Positions 34,646 to 44,364 are shown, numbered from the stretch's first letter. The stretch is 64,000 nt of DNA from Candidatus Iainarchaeum sp. (GCA_017609985.1 JAFCCW010000001.1:16397-80396); one strand, 5' to 3'. A program made the numbers and translations. Notes: generated by a model not told the origin, from the sequence alone.

Positions 34646-35710
34646 ATGGATTTCAAAAAAATTCTTGAAGCATATCAAAAAAAAGTTGACAAAGAAATTT
34701 CTGCGTTCATGTCAAAAAAAGAAAAAGAAGGAAAACAAATTTCAGAAGAATGCGGAGAAATGGCAAGGCTTTTGAAAGAATTTGCTGAAAGACCCGGCAA
34801 AAGAATAAGGCCAGTGCTGGTTGTTTTTGGATACAAAGCCTGTGGTGGAGAAAACGAAAAAGAAATCCTGAAAGCCTCAATTGCAATAGAATTAATTCAC
34901 GCATACCTGCTTATTCACGACGATGTAATGGACAAATCTGAAACAAGAAGGGGACAGCCAGCATTTCACAAAGAATACGAAGAAATCTATTCAAAAAAAT
35001 ATGGCAAAGGAAAAGAATGGAATGCTATAAGTGCTTCAGTAATTGCTGGAGACATAATCGAAGCTTTTGCAGCACAAGCAATAGCTGAAACAGAATTCGA
35101 CTCTGAAAAAAAATCAGGATTTATGACAAAACTTAACGAAATAAACGCAAACACAGGATATGGACAGCTTCTGGACATGGAACTTGAAATAAAGAAAGAT
35201 GCAAGTGAAGAAAACGTGGAATTAGTGCATCTTCTCAAAACAGCAAAGTATACAATTGAAGGACCATTACTGCTTGGAGCAATTCTGGCAGGAGCAAACA
35301 AAAAACAAGTAAAAGAATTAAGCAATTATGCAATACCTGTTGGAAAAGCATTTCAAATGCAGGACGATATCCTGGGCGTGTTTGGAAGTGAAGAAAAAAC
35401 AGGAAAACCAGTTGACTCTGATTTAAAAGAAGGAAAAAAAACTCACTTAGTAATTAAGGCAATGGAAAATGGAAACAAGGAAGAACAAGAAATTCTTTTA
35501 GCAGCAATTGGAAATCCAGAACTGACAAAAGAAGAATTTGAAAAAACAAAAGAAATAATAAAGAAAACCAAAGCGCTTGACTATACAAAAGAAAAAGCAA
35601 AAACCTATGCCCAAGAAGGAATGAAATCTCTTAAAAAAAGCTCATTGAATATAAAGGGGCGAGAATTTTTGGAGGGAATGGCGCGCTATATTCTTGAAAG
35701 AGAACTTTGA
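34646..35710 (+). CDS. trans-polyprenyl diphosphate synthase (GGPP synthase-like)
   Basis: First Asp-rich motif LLIHDDVMD. The second motif region, FQMQDDILGVFG...GKPVDSDLKEGKKT, reads DDILG: the third position is Gly where DDxxD is usual. Confidence 0.85.
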   Translation: MDFKKILEAYQKKVDKEISAFMSKKEKEGKQISEECGEMARLLKEFAERPGKRIRPVLVVFGYKACGGENEKEILKASIAIELIHAYLLIHDDVMDKSETRRGQPAFHKEYEEIYSKKYGKGKEWNAISASVIAGDIIEAFAAQAIAETEFDSEKKSGFMTKLNEINANTGYGQLLDMELEIKKDASEENVELVHLLKTAKYTIEGPLLLGAILAGANKKQVKELSNYAIPVGKAFQMQDDILGVFGSEEKTGKPVDSDLKEGKKTHLVIKAMENGNKEEQEILLAAIGNPELTKEEFEKTKEIIKKTKALDYTKEKAKTYAQEGMKSLKKSSLNIKGREFLEGMARYILEREL

Positions 35711-35712
35711 TT

Positions 35713-35829
35713 TAATCGCTTATGTTAATCAATTAATTTAATCAATTAATTTAATCAATTAATTTAATCAATTAATTTAATCAATTAATTTAATCAATTA
35801 ATTTAATCAATTAATTTAATCGCTTATTT
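35713..35829. repeat. 13-bp tandem repeat array (7 perfect TAATCAATTAATT units) flanked by two variant units TAATCGCTTAT(G/T)T
   Basis: Perfect units start at 35726, 35739, 35752, 35765, 35778, 35791 and 35804. Variant units lie at 35713-35725 and 35817-29. The right variant encodes the last codons and stop of the minus-strand Pus10 gene. Confidence 0.95.
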
Positions 35830-36832
35830 TAAGAACATCAAGTTCCGAACAAACACAATCTGCATTAATAAGCAAAGAAATGCTTGGATTACTCCTTCCC
35901 TTATCCCCTGAAATAAATTCCTTGATATAAAGACCAGCCTCAGCATCCAGTTCAATCTGAAACACGGAAGAAGACAAAATATTTACAGACGTGATTGTAC
36001 AGTTTCTCTCCCTAACAAGATCACTTCTTCTCTTTGAAACACGATTGGGAGTGCGCTGTTTTATCTCAATTTTTTTTCCAAGAAGAGAATTAATCACTTC
36101 ATGATTGGGAGGCGAAGAACAAGTTACTGTTGCAAGATAAAGCTTGCGAGCCTTGCTTTCTTTTAATTCAGCAATTCTTTGCTTTGAAGAAATAACAATA
36201 GAAGAAACAGTGACTTTCCCATCAGCAAAAGAATTGATTGCTTTTTCAAGTTCTGAAACATCGACAACTCTTTTCTTGGGTTCAATAAGTTCAAGAACAA
36301 AACTTCTGCCAGAACCAAGCATTTTCACGTCCACATCTTCTCTTCCCTGACCATGGAACTTGTTTCCGCTTGCCTGAAAAAAAATCATTGCCTGTTCAGC
36401 CACAAGCTCTTGAACAGACTCAATACTTGAAACTCCTTTGAAAGAACATTCTTTGCAACCCCTGCCCCTGCATTTTTGACAGGAAAAGATTGTCTGAGCT
36501 ATTTCACGGGAAAATTTATTGTATTTTGCTTCAATATAAACAGAACGAATGAAAATCGAAACAATGGAAGAATTAAAGTCAACAATTATTTCCGCATCAG
36601 GCAGTTCTCCATCAAAAGGAACAGAAAGATTCTTTTCAACAGCACTCGCAAGCTTGAACTGAAACTCGTGCTTTAGCATTGAAACCTCATCATCTGAAAG
36701 ATTAATTGGGAAAGAACATCCAAGAACAAAAGAAGAAATTGAAAAACCAGAAAGCATTGAATAAATTGTTTCCGAAATTGGTTTGATTGCCTCTTGTGAA
36801 AAATCAGAAAACTCAAAAGATTGTTTTAACAT
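35816..36832 (-). CDS. pus10: tRNA pseudouridine(54/55) synthase Pus10
   Basis: Zinc-ribbon-like CQKCRGRGCKEC and the catalytic region KFHGQGREDVDVKMLGSGRSFVLE, characteristic of Pus10. Confidence 0.8.
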   Translation of the reverse strand: MLKQSFEFSDFSQEAIKPISETIYSMLSGFSISSFVLGCSFPINLSDDEVSMLKHEFQFKLASAVEKNLSVPFDGELPDAEIIVDFNSSIVSIFIRSVYIEAKYNKFSREIAQTIFSCQKCRGRGCKECSFKGVSSIESVQELVAEQAMIFFQASGNKFHGQGREDVDVKMLGSGRSFVLELIEPKKRVVDVSELEKAINSFADGKVTVSSIVISSKQRIAELKESKARKLYLATVTCSSPPNHEVINSLLGKKIEIKQRTPNRVSKRRSDLVRERNCTITSVNILSSSVFQIELDAEAGLYIKEFISGDKGRSNPSISLLINADCVCSELDVLKISD

Positions 36833-36874
36833 AAAAAAAATAACCAGAAAAAAAGATTAAAAAAAGAGGAGAAT

Positions 36875-39529
36875 TTATTTCTCCTTCTTTTCCCTTATTG
36901 CGGCCTGAGCTGCAGCAAGCCTTGCAATTGGAACCCTAAAAGGTGAGCAAGAAACATAGTTCAATCCAATTCTGTGGCAAAACTCCACAGAAGCTGGCTC
37001 TCCACCGTGCTCTCCGCAAATTCCAATTTTGAGCTTTTCTTTAGTGCTTCTTCCCTTTTCCACAGCCATTTCAACAAGCTTTCCCACACCAGACTGATCA
37101 AGAACCTGGAAAGGGTCCTGTTCGAGAATTGAATTCTCGACATAGAATGGAATGAAAGTTCCAGCATCGTCTCGGCTGTAACCGAATGTGGTTTGAGTTA
37201 AATCATTTGTTCCAAATGAAAAGAACTCTGCGTGCTTTGCAATCTCGTCAGCTGTCAAGCAAGCTCTTGGCAATTCCATCATTACTCCAACAGAATAAGA
37301 AATTTCTTTTCCTTTTTCTTTCAGAATCTTTTTTGCAGTGGAATCAACAAGAGACCTCATGCGCTGCATTTCATTAACATGGCCAAGAACAGGAATCATT
37401 ATTTCCGGTTTTGCGTCAATTCCGTCTTCCTTTGCCTCGATAGCTGCTTCAATGATTGCCTGAACCTGCATTTCATTTATTTCAGGATAGACAATTCCTA
37501 GTCTGCAACCTCTGAATCCAAGCATTGGATTAAACTCGTGAAGAGACTCAATTTTTTCCTTGAGTTCTTCAACAGAAACATTCATTTCTGTCGCAAGCTC
37601 GTTTATTTCCTTGTCCTCTCTTGGAAGGAATTCATGCAAAGGAGGGTCAAGCAATCTGATTGTGACTGGCAAGCCATCCATTGACTTGAACAAGCCCTTG
37701 AAATCATCTCTCTGGAAAGGCAAAAGTTTTGCAAGAGCCTTCTCCCGCCCTGCCTTGTCCTTGGAAAGAATCATTTCCCTGACTGCCTTAATTCTGTTCT
37801 CTTCAAAGAACATATGCTCTGTTCTGGTTAAACCAATTCCCTGAGCTCCAAAATCTCGAGCAATCTTTGCATCATTTGGAGTGTCAGCATTAGCCCAGAC
37901 CTGAAGTTTGCGCACTTCATCAGCCCACTTCATCACAGTGTCAAAGTCACCTGAAAGTTTTGGTTCAACTAAAGGAACCTGTCCCTCCAAAACCTCTCCA
38001 AGACTTCCGTCAAGACTAATCCACTCACCCTCTTTGAGCTCAAGGCCTTTTGATGGAATCTTTAGAACCTTGTTTTTCTCATCAACAGTAATTTCATTGC
38101 TTCCAGCAACACAGCACTTACCCATTCCGCGGGCAACAACTGCTGCATGGCTGGTCATTCCGCCTCTTGCAGTGAGAATTCCCTGAGCTGCATTCATTCC
38201 CTCAATATCCTCAGGGCTTGTTTCAGTTCTGACAAGAATAACTGTTGCATCAGCATCTGCTTCAACAGCAGCAGCAACATCGTCAGCATGAAACATTACT
38301 TTTCCAACAGCTGCTCCGGGAGAAGCAGGCAAACCCATTGCAATAACCTTGTGTTCCTTTTTTGCATTCTCATCAAGCTGCTTGTGCAAGAGCTGATCAA
38401 GCTGAGCAGGCTTTAACTGAAGAAGAGCATCGTCTCTTGAAATAAGACCTTCGCCCTCCATGTCAACCGCAATTTTCAAAGCAGCCTGTGCAGTTCTCTT
38501 ACCATTTCTGCTCTGCAAAATCCAAAGCTTTTCGTTCTCAATAGTGAACTCAAAATCCTGCAAGTCCTTGTAATGCTTTTCAAGCTTTTCATAGACTTCA
38601 ATAAGCTCATCATAGACCTTTGGCAAGATTTTTTTGAGGTCGTCAACTGGCAAAGGTGTTCTGATTCCAGCAACAACATCTTCACCCTGTGCATTGATGA
38701 GAAATTCACCGTAATGCTCTTTTTCTCCTGTTGCAGGATTTCTAGTAAAAGAAACACCTGTTCCAGAATCGTCTCCGAGATTACCAAAAACCATTGCCTG
38801 AACATTCACGCCAGTTCCAGCATCCTGCTTCAAGTGATTGATTTTTCTGTACTTGATTGCTCTTGGATTATAAAAAGAGTCAAAGACAGCGTTGATTGCC
38901 AACTTCAACTGCTCCCAAGGATCGCTTGGAAACAATTCTCCTCTTGTTTCCTTAACAATTTCCTTGTAATCGTTTACAAGCTCTTTCAAGTCCTCAATAG
39001 AGAGTTCAGTGTCATTCTCCACTCCCTTCTCGTTCTTTTTTGCCTGAATAGCGTGCTCGAATTTTTCGTGTGGAACTTCCATTACCACGTCTCCAAACAT
39101 CTGAATAAAACGCCTGTAAGAATCCCAAGCACCTCTCTCGTTGCTGGTCATCTTTCCAAAAGCCTCCACTGTTTCGTCATTCATTCCAAGATTAAGAACA
39201 GTGTCCATCATCCCAGGCATTGAAACATAGGAACCAGAGCGAACAGAAACAAGAAGAGGTTTTTCCTTGTCACCAAACTTTCTTCCGATTTCGCTTTCAA
39301 GCTTTTCAATATTCTTCTTAACCTCGGCTTCGAGTTCAGAAGGCCATTTTTTGCCGCCTTCATAAAATTCAACACAAGCTTCTGTGCTTAGAGTAAAGCC
39401 CGGGGGAACTGGCAAGCCAGCATTAGTCATCTCACACAACTGCGCTCCCTTGTTTCCCAGCTTAAGAATCCATTCCCAAGTGTTTGCGTTTTCTACTTCA
39501 TCAAAAAAATACACATATTTCTTGCTCAC
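36875..39529 (-). CDS. ppdK: pyruvate, phosphate dikinase
   Basis: 884 aa. N-terminal ATP-grasp region (LGNKGAQLCEM), phospho-His domain GGMTSHAAVVARGMGKCCV, and a C-terminal PEP-utilising TIM barrel (FFSFGTNDLTQ). Confidence 0.95.
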   Translation of the reverse strand: MSKKYVYFFDEVENANTWEWILKLGNKGAQLCEMTNAGLPVPPGFTLSTEACVEFYEGGKKWPSELEAEVKKNIEKLESEIGRKFGDKEKPLLVSVRSGSYVSMPGMMDTVLNLGMNDETVEAFGKMTSNERGAWDSYRRFIQMFGDVVMEVPHEKFEHAIQAKKNEKGVENDTELSIEDLKELVNDYKEIVKETRGELFPSDPWEQLKLAINAVFDSFYNPRAIKYRKINHLKQDAGTGVNVQAMVFGNLGDDSGTGVSFTRNPATGEKEHYGEFLINAQGEDVVAGIRTPLPVDDLKKILPKVYDELIEVYEKLEKHYKDLQDFEFTIENEKLWILQSRNGKRTAQAALKIAVDMEGEGLISRDDALLQLKPAQLDQLLHKQLDENAKKEHKVIAMGLPASPGAAVGKVMFHADDVAAAVEADADATVILVRTETSPEDIEGMNAAQGILTARGGMTSHAAVVARGMGKCCVAGSNEITVDEKNKVLKIPSKGLELKEGEWISLDGSLGEVLEGQVPLVEPKLSGDFDTVMKWADEVRKLQVWANADTPNDAKIARDFGAQGIGLTRTEHMFFEENRIKAVREMILSKDKAGREKALAKLLPFQRDDFKGLFKSMDGLPVTIRLLDPPLHEFLPREDKEINELATEMNVSVEELKEKIESLHEFNPMLGFRGCRLGIVYPEINEMQVQAIIEAAIEAKEDGIDAKPEIMIPVLGHVNEMQRMRSLVDSTAKKILKEKGKEISYSVGVMMELPRACLTADEIAKHAEFFSFGTNDLTQTTFGYSRDDAGTFIPFYVENSILEQDPFQVLDQSGVGKLVEMAVEKGRSTKEKLKIGICGEHGGEPASVEFCHRIGLNYVSCSPFRVPIARLAAAQAAIREKKEK

Positions 39530-39610
39530 TAAACCACCTCAAAAGTTATTGTATTTACCATAATTTGTAAAATAAGTAATATAATTGGAAAGAAAAGGAT
39601 TTTTAAAGCT

Positions 39611-40309
39611 TCAGTTTTTTTTGAAAAATTCGGTTTTTGACGGTTTTCTGCCACAAGACTTCTTCTCAGTGCAATAACCAAGGCGCTCGCACTTAGGACC
39701 AACTGAATTAAACAGGAGGGGAGCAACCTTTTTGCATTCTTCAAGCATGGCTTCTGCTAGCTGACGGATTTCCCACTGAGCGCGAGTGCACAAGCGATGC
39801 TCGAAGAAGTTGTAGAGGGAACGAGTGTTCATGGTTACGACTATTCTAGTCTCGGCAGCATTAGGAAGAAGAAAACGCGCGTCCTCTTTTGGAGAAATTT
39901 CAAGCATTTCCACGTACGCCTTTCTAGAAGATTCAATGGAATCAGTGAATTTTTTAAGAGCAGAAGGATTTGACTTGATTTTTGGAGGAACAATGTAATT
40001 GAAGGATTCCTCATCAACGTATCTCTGGGATTGCTGGCTGTAAGAAGCAATTCTGTGCCTGACAAGCTGGTGAGAACAAGCCCTGCTAATGCCTTCAATG
40101 CCAAAAGTGAAAGAAACATGCTCAAGAACAGAAAAATGGCCTGCTTCCACAAGATGAGAAATAAGCTTTTTTGCATAGTCAGGAGTAACCTTTTTCTTAA
40201 GCTCGTCAATTGTTGCATTAGCATAGCAAATATGACCGGCAGTAGCAGCAGTAAGGTCTGGCTCAGGAGTATGGGACAAGAGTTCAACTTTCAGGCTTGT
40301 TTCAGGCAT
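39611..40309 (-). CDS. thyX: FAD-dependent thymidylate synthase
   Basis: ThyX motif RHRIASYSQQSQRY; 232 aa. Confidence 0.9.
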   Translation of the reverse strand: MPETSLKVELLSHTPEPDLTAATAGHICYANATIDELKKKVTPDYAKKLISHLVEAGHFSVLEHVSFTFGIEGISRACSHQLVRHRIASYSQQSQRYVDEESFNYIVPPKIKSNPSALKKFTDSIESSRKAYVEMLEISPKEDARFLLPNAAETRIVVTMNTRSLYNFFEHRLCTRAQWEIRQLAEAMLEECKKVAPLLFNSVGPKCERLGYCTEKKSCGRKPSKTEFFKKN

Positions 40310-40367
40310 AAATCATCAGATTATAATATGATGGAAAAAGAATAATAATGAATATTGCGTAATAATA

Positions 40368-40862
40368 TTGAGTAAAATGGAAAGACGTAAAAAAACCAAA
40401 AGAGGAAAAAGAGAAGAAAAGGAAAAAAAGAGGAGACAAAGAGAAAGAGATGTAAGAGAATACAAGACACTGGTTGAAACAACAAATAAGTTGCTCGCTG
40501 ATAAAGACATAAGCTCTCAAACTTTAAGTGATTCTATAGATATAATAAATGCAGGAATTAAAGCAGAGGAAAGAATGGGAAACCGGCAAGCCGCAAATGC
40601 TTTGAAAAGAATTGCTGAAAAACTTGAAGCACGGCGTAAAGAAATTGATAAATTGGAAGAAATAATAGAAAGATGGGTACAAACTGCAAGAAATATGACA
40701 TACCAGACTGATGTGAATATTATCAGAGGATTGAGAAATAAAATAAAAAATATTGCAAGAAGAGAACATAAAGCAGGTCATGTGAAACTGGCAAAACGTC
40801 TTACTGGATCTGCAAGCCAGCTAACAAGAAGAATAAATGAGCTAACCCAAGGAAAGCAATAA
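40368..40862 (+). CDS. basic helical/coiled-coil protein, unknown function
   Basis: The N-terminus MSKMERRKKTKRGKREEKEKKRRQRERD is encoded by a polypurine tract and is followed by about 130 aa of helical sequence. The antisense ORFs have junk composition. Confidence 0.5.
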   Translation: MSKMERRKKTKRGKREEKEKKRRQRERDVREYKTLVETTNKLLADKDISSQTLSDSIDIINAGIKAEERMGNRQAANALKRIAEKLEARRKEIDKLEEIIERWVQTARNMTYQTDVNIIRGLRNKIKNIARREHKAGHVKLAKRLTGSASQLTRRINELTQGKQ

Positions 40863-40910
40863 AAACAATAAAGTCCTATTTTTATTATCGAATTTTTTTG
40901 GTGAGAAAAA

Positions 40911-41231
40911 ATGGAAGCATTATTTGAAGTAAAAAGCATGAAACAACAATGGAAACCTCCGTTCAAGAAAGACATTGAAACAAAAGAGGTTTCTGTGCCA
41001 GTCAACGGAAGCTTTGAGACATTCGGCGGAGCAAACGAAAACATATTCAAACTAGTCAAGGCAGAAAACAATGAAGCAAGCATCTGGTACAGTGAACAGT
41101 TTACGCTCAAAGGCCATTCACACCCAGGCGACAGGATTGTAAACCTGAAACAGGGAGAAAGCGCTTCATTCACCTATCTCTGGGGCGAAGACGGAGTAAC
41201 AAAGACTGTTACACTCAAAAAAACAAACTGA
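40911..41231 (+). CDS. hypothetical small protein
   Basis: 106-aa ORF with balanced composition and purine-rich codons. No motif recognised. Confidence 0.5.
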   Translation: MEALFEVKSMKQQWKPPFKKDIETKEVSVPVNGSFETFGGANENIFKLVKAENNEASIWYSEQFTLKGHSHPGDRIVNLKQGESASFTYLWGEDGVTKTVTLKKTN

Positions 41232-41296
41232 TTGAAAGAGCAAAGAGTGTTAGGAAAAACGATTGCTTTAAAAGATTTATGTGAAAATATTTACAT

Positions 41297-41617
41297 ATGA
41301 AAGAACATTCATATGTTAGCTGTTTTTCAGTGCTGTCAAACGAGTTAAGGATGAGCATTCTCTCCGAGCTAGAAAAAGGAGAGAGCAATGTCGGCGATAT
41401 AGTGCAGGAAATAAAAGCAGACCAAAGCAGAGTAAGCCATGCATTAAGACAGCTAAAAAAATGCGGTTTTGTAAAGTCAAGAGTTGAAGGAAAAGAAAGA
41501 TTTTACTCGCTGAGACAAGAAACATTTGATTCCCTTAAAGCAAAGAAAGGAGAGAGCATGCTTGACATAGCAAAAAGACATTATGAAAACTGCCCATTCA
41601 AGGAGGAAAGAAAATGA
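41297..41617 (+). CDS. ArsR/SmtB-family winged-helix transcriptional regulator
   Basis: FSVLSNELRMSILSELEKGESNVGDIVQEIKADQSRVSHALRQLKKCGFV fits the ArsR HTH. There is a 4-nt overlap with the cysteine desulfurase gene. Confidence 0.8.
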   Translation: MKEHSYVSCFSVLSNELRMSILSELEKGESNVGDIVQEIKADQSRVSHALRQLKKCGFVKSRVEGKERFYSLRQETFDSLKAKKGESMLDIAKRHYENCPFKEERK

Positions 41618-42789
41618 GCACGAAACAAGTTTATCTCGACAATGCAGCAAGCACACCGGTCGACAAGAGAGTATTAAAAGAAATACTGCCATTCTTCGGC
41701 GAAAAGTATGGAAACGCAAGCAGTGTTCACTCCAGCGGAAGAGAGGGAATGGAAGCAATCCAAAAAGCAAGGGAGAAAATAGCAAAAGCAATCAATGCTG
41801 AGCCAGAAGAAATAATTTTCACCTCATCAGGAACTGAATCAAACAATTTGCTGATTAAGGGATTCGCAAGAGCAGGATTGGAAAAAGAAAAACATATCCT
41901 GACACAGAAAACAGAGCACGATGCAGTACTTCACCCAATTGAAGAGCTTGCAAAGCAAGGATTTGAAACAAGAGTGCTTGAAGTAGACAGAGAAGGCTTC
42001 TTTCAGATGGAAGAATTTGAAAAAGAAGCAGGACGAGCAGGGCTTGCGAGCATAATGCACGCAAACAACGAGATTGGAACAATTTACCCTATTAAAAAAA
42101 TAGGAAAGATTTGCAGAGAGAAAGGAACTGTGTTTCACACTGACGCAGTGCAAACTGTTGGCAAGGAAAAAATTAATGTCAAGAAGATGAAAATAGATGC
42201 ATTGTCTGCTTCAGCGCACAAGTTTTACGGGCCAAAGGGAGCTGGCTTTCTGTATTTGAAAGAAGGAATTAAAATAGAGGGATTAATGAGCGGAGGCGGA
42301 CAAGAGAGAAAGCTGAGACCGGGAACATACAACACGCAAGGAATTGTTGGAATGGGAAAAGCACTCGAAATCGCAAACAAGGAAATGAACAATGCCAAGG
42401 AAAAGGAAAAGAAAATGCAGAAAGAGCTTGCAAAGAGATTAATGGAAATAGATGACAGCTGGATTAACGGGCCAAAGATTGGAAGTAAGAGACTGGCAAA
42501 CAACTTGAGTGCTGGCTTTGAATACGTGGAAGGAGAAGCAATGCTGATAAAACTGGATGATTATGGAATTGCAGCAAGCACTGGAAGTGCCTGCTCTTCA
42601 GACTCGCTGAAAGCAAGCCATGTTCTGCTAGGAATAGGATTAAGACCAAGGAGAGCTCACGGCACGCTGAGGTTCTCTCTTGGCAAGCAGAACAACATAC
42701 AGGATGTTAAATATGTTGGAGAAAAAATGAAAAAAGTAGTGGGTGAGTTGAGAAACATTAGCCCGTTGAAAAAAGGAGTGATTAAATGA
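41614..42789 (+). CDS. iscS: cysteine desulfurase (NifS/IscS type)
   Basis: PLP-lysine motif SASAHKFYGPKG and active-site loop STGSACSSDS; 391 aa. Confidence 0.9.
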   Translation: MSTKQVYLDNAASTPVDKRVLKEILPFFGEKYGNASSVHSSGREGMEAIQKAREKIAKAINAEPEEIIFTSSGTESNNLLIKGFARAGLEKEKHILTQKTEHDAVLHPIEELAKQGFETRVLEVDREGFFQMEEFEKEAGRAGLASIMHANNEIGTIYPIKKIGKICREKGTVFHTDAVQTVGKEKINVKKMKIDALSASAHKFYGPKGAGFLYLKEGIKIEGLMSGGGQERKLRPGTYNTQGIVGMGKALEIANKEMNNAKEKEKKMQKELAKRLMEIDDSWINGPKIGSKRLANNLSAGFEYVEGEAMLIKLDDYGIAASTGSACSSDSLKASHVLLGIGLRPRRAHGTLRFSLGKQNNIQDVKYVGEKMKKVVGELRNISPLKKGVIK

Positions 42790-43187
42790 GTGAAGCTTAT
42801 TCAGAAAAGGTAATGAACTATTTCAGAAAGCCAAAAAATATTGGAGAAATTGAAGATGCAGACGCAATAGGGAAGGTTGGAAATCCAACATGCGGAGACC
42901 TGATGTGGGTTTATATAAAAGTTGGAAAGAAAGAAGACAAGGAAATTCTTAAGGATGTGAAGGTCAAAACTTTTGGGTGTGTTGCAGCAATTGCAACAAG
43001 CTCTGCGCTGACCGAGATGGCAAAAGGAATGGAGTTGGAAGAGGCAGGGAAAATAACAAAGCAAGACATTGCAGACGAGCTAGGCGGATTGCCACCAGCA
43101 AAAATGCACTGCTCCATGCTCGCACTTGACGGGCTAAAAAAAGCAATTGAAGAATATTATGGAAAGCAATATGAGAAAAGTAAATAA
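42786..43187 (+). CDS. iscU: Fe-S cluster scaffold protein IscU/NifU-like
   Basis: Three conserved Cys in GNPTCGD, KTFGCVAAIA and PPAKMHCSMLA. Confidence 0.9.
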   Translation: MSEAYSEKVMNYFRKPKNIGEIEDADAIGKVGNPTCGDLMWVYIKVGKKEDKEILKDVKVKTFGCVAAIATSSALTEMAKGMELEEAGKITKQDIADELGGLPPAKMHCSMLALDGLKKAIEEYYGKQYEKSK

Positions 43188-43207
43188 AGAAAGAGAAAAT
43201 AATAGTA

Positions 43208-43993
43208 TTGATGAAAAAGCCTATGAGAAGTCAGCAAGAAAGATGGGGATTTAAACACAGCCCTGTTAGAATCAAGGGAAAAACACCCCAACAGACTGGC
43301 GGAGTTGCAAGAAGCTTTTATAGACAGCTTGATGAAAACAGATTTACTGTTGGAAAACATTATCTAAAAGCGCATGCGCACAGAGTAAGAACACTGCCTG
43401 ATACACACACAGCAGGAAGTCCTGATTTTGATGCCCATCTTATTGTGGCAGCAAAAAAATTTCTTGGAAAACTTAAAGGAAAAACATGCTGTGAGTTTGG
43501 AGCAGGATATGGAACGCTATTGAATGCGTTGGGAAAAGAAGGAATGAAACTAAGAGGAATTGAAAAAGAAAAAAAGCAAACTACAATAACAAAACAGTTT
43601 GTTAATGGACAAATAGTTCACGGAATTGACGCAGGAAACAGGAAACAAGTTCGTTCAGCTACGGGAAACAGAAAGTTCAATCTGACTATAAGCAGTTTAT
43701 TGTTTCAATCAAATATAATGACAGAGAAAGCTGTATCTAAAATTGCAAGAAATATTGCGGAAGCAACAGAGGAAGGAGGTTACTCAATTCATTTTGCAGG
43801 AACATCAGGAGAAAGTAAGGATATTGTTCCAATTAAAGAATTTGAAAAACAAGGGCTGGAGTTAGTGGAAGTGAGACATGTTTATGGGCGAGGGCACGAC
43901 CCAATGCTACAAAAAATGAGAAAAGAAGAACCAGCATTAACACGTATCATACCGGGAACAGTATACATTTTTCAAAAGAAGGGTAGGCAATAG
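43208..43993 (+). CDS. putative class I SAM-dependent methyltransferase-like protein
   Basis: CCEFGAGYGTLLNALGKEGMKLRGIE resembles motif I (ExGxGxG) followed by an acidic residue at the end of beta-2. The rest is unassigned. Confidence 0.4.
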   Translation: MMKKPMRSQQERWGFKHSPVRIKGKTPQQTGGVARSFYRQLDENRFTVGKHYLKAHAHRVRTLPDTHTAGSPDFDAHLIVAAKKFLGKLKGKTCCEFGAGYGTLLNALGKEGMKLRGIEKEKKQTTITKQFVNGQIVHGIDAGNRKQVRSATGNRKFNLTISSLLFQSNIMTEKAVSKIARNIAEATEEGGYSIHFAGTSGESKDIVPIKEFEKQGLELVEVRHVYGRGHDPMLQKMRKEEPALTRIIPGTVYIFQKKGRQ

Positions 43994-44013
43994 TAGAGTA
44001 ATAGGGTGATGAA

Positions 44014-44364
44014 ATGGAACTAAAGCAGGCAATTATTGTCAGAAGCGATTTGGGAATGGAAAAGGGCAAGATAGCTGCTCAGAGCAGTCATGCGAGTGTT
44101 GAGGCAATGGAGAAGGCAAGACTGAAGGAAGAAGAATGGGTTGAGAAATGGAAAGAACAGGGACAAAAAAAGATTGTTTTGAAGATTTCAGGAAAAGACG
44201 AGCTTGTTAAACTATTTGAGCAGATGAAGGGGGAGCTACCATGCGCATTGATTAAGGATGCTGGAAAGACTCAGACAAACCCAGGAGAAATAACCTGCTT
44301 TGCGTGCGGACCAGCACCGGAAGCAAAAATCAACAAGCATACAAAAGAGTTAAAGCTGTTGTGA
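44014..44364 (+). CDS. pth2: peptidyl-tRNA hydrolase, archaeal PTH2 type
   Basis: KQAIIVRSDLGMEKGKIAAQSSHASV ... DAGKTQTNPGEITCFACGP; 116 aa. Confidence 0.9.
   Translation: MELKQAIIVRSDLGMEKGKIAAQSSHASVEAMEKARLKEEEWVEKWKEQGQKKIVLKISGKDELVKLFEQMKGELPCALIKDAGKTQTNPGEITCFACGPAPEAKINKHTKELKLL

Noticed and set aside
35713-35829. Is the 13-bp repeat array a CRISPR array?
   Set aside because: The units are directly adjacent with no spacers, the unit length is far below CRISPR repeat size, and there are no cas genes in the window.
43208-43993. Treating the methyltransferase-like gene as a horizontally acquired compositional outlier
   Set aside because: The protein looks less Lys/Glu-rich than its neighbours, but I cannot compute GC content or codon statistics here. 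The visual difference is too weak to claim.
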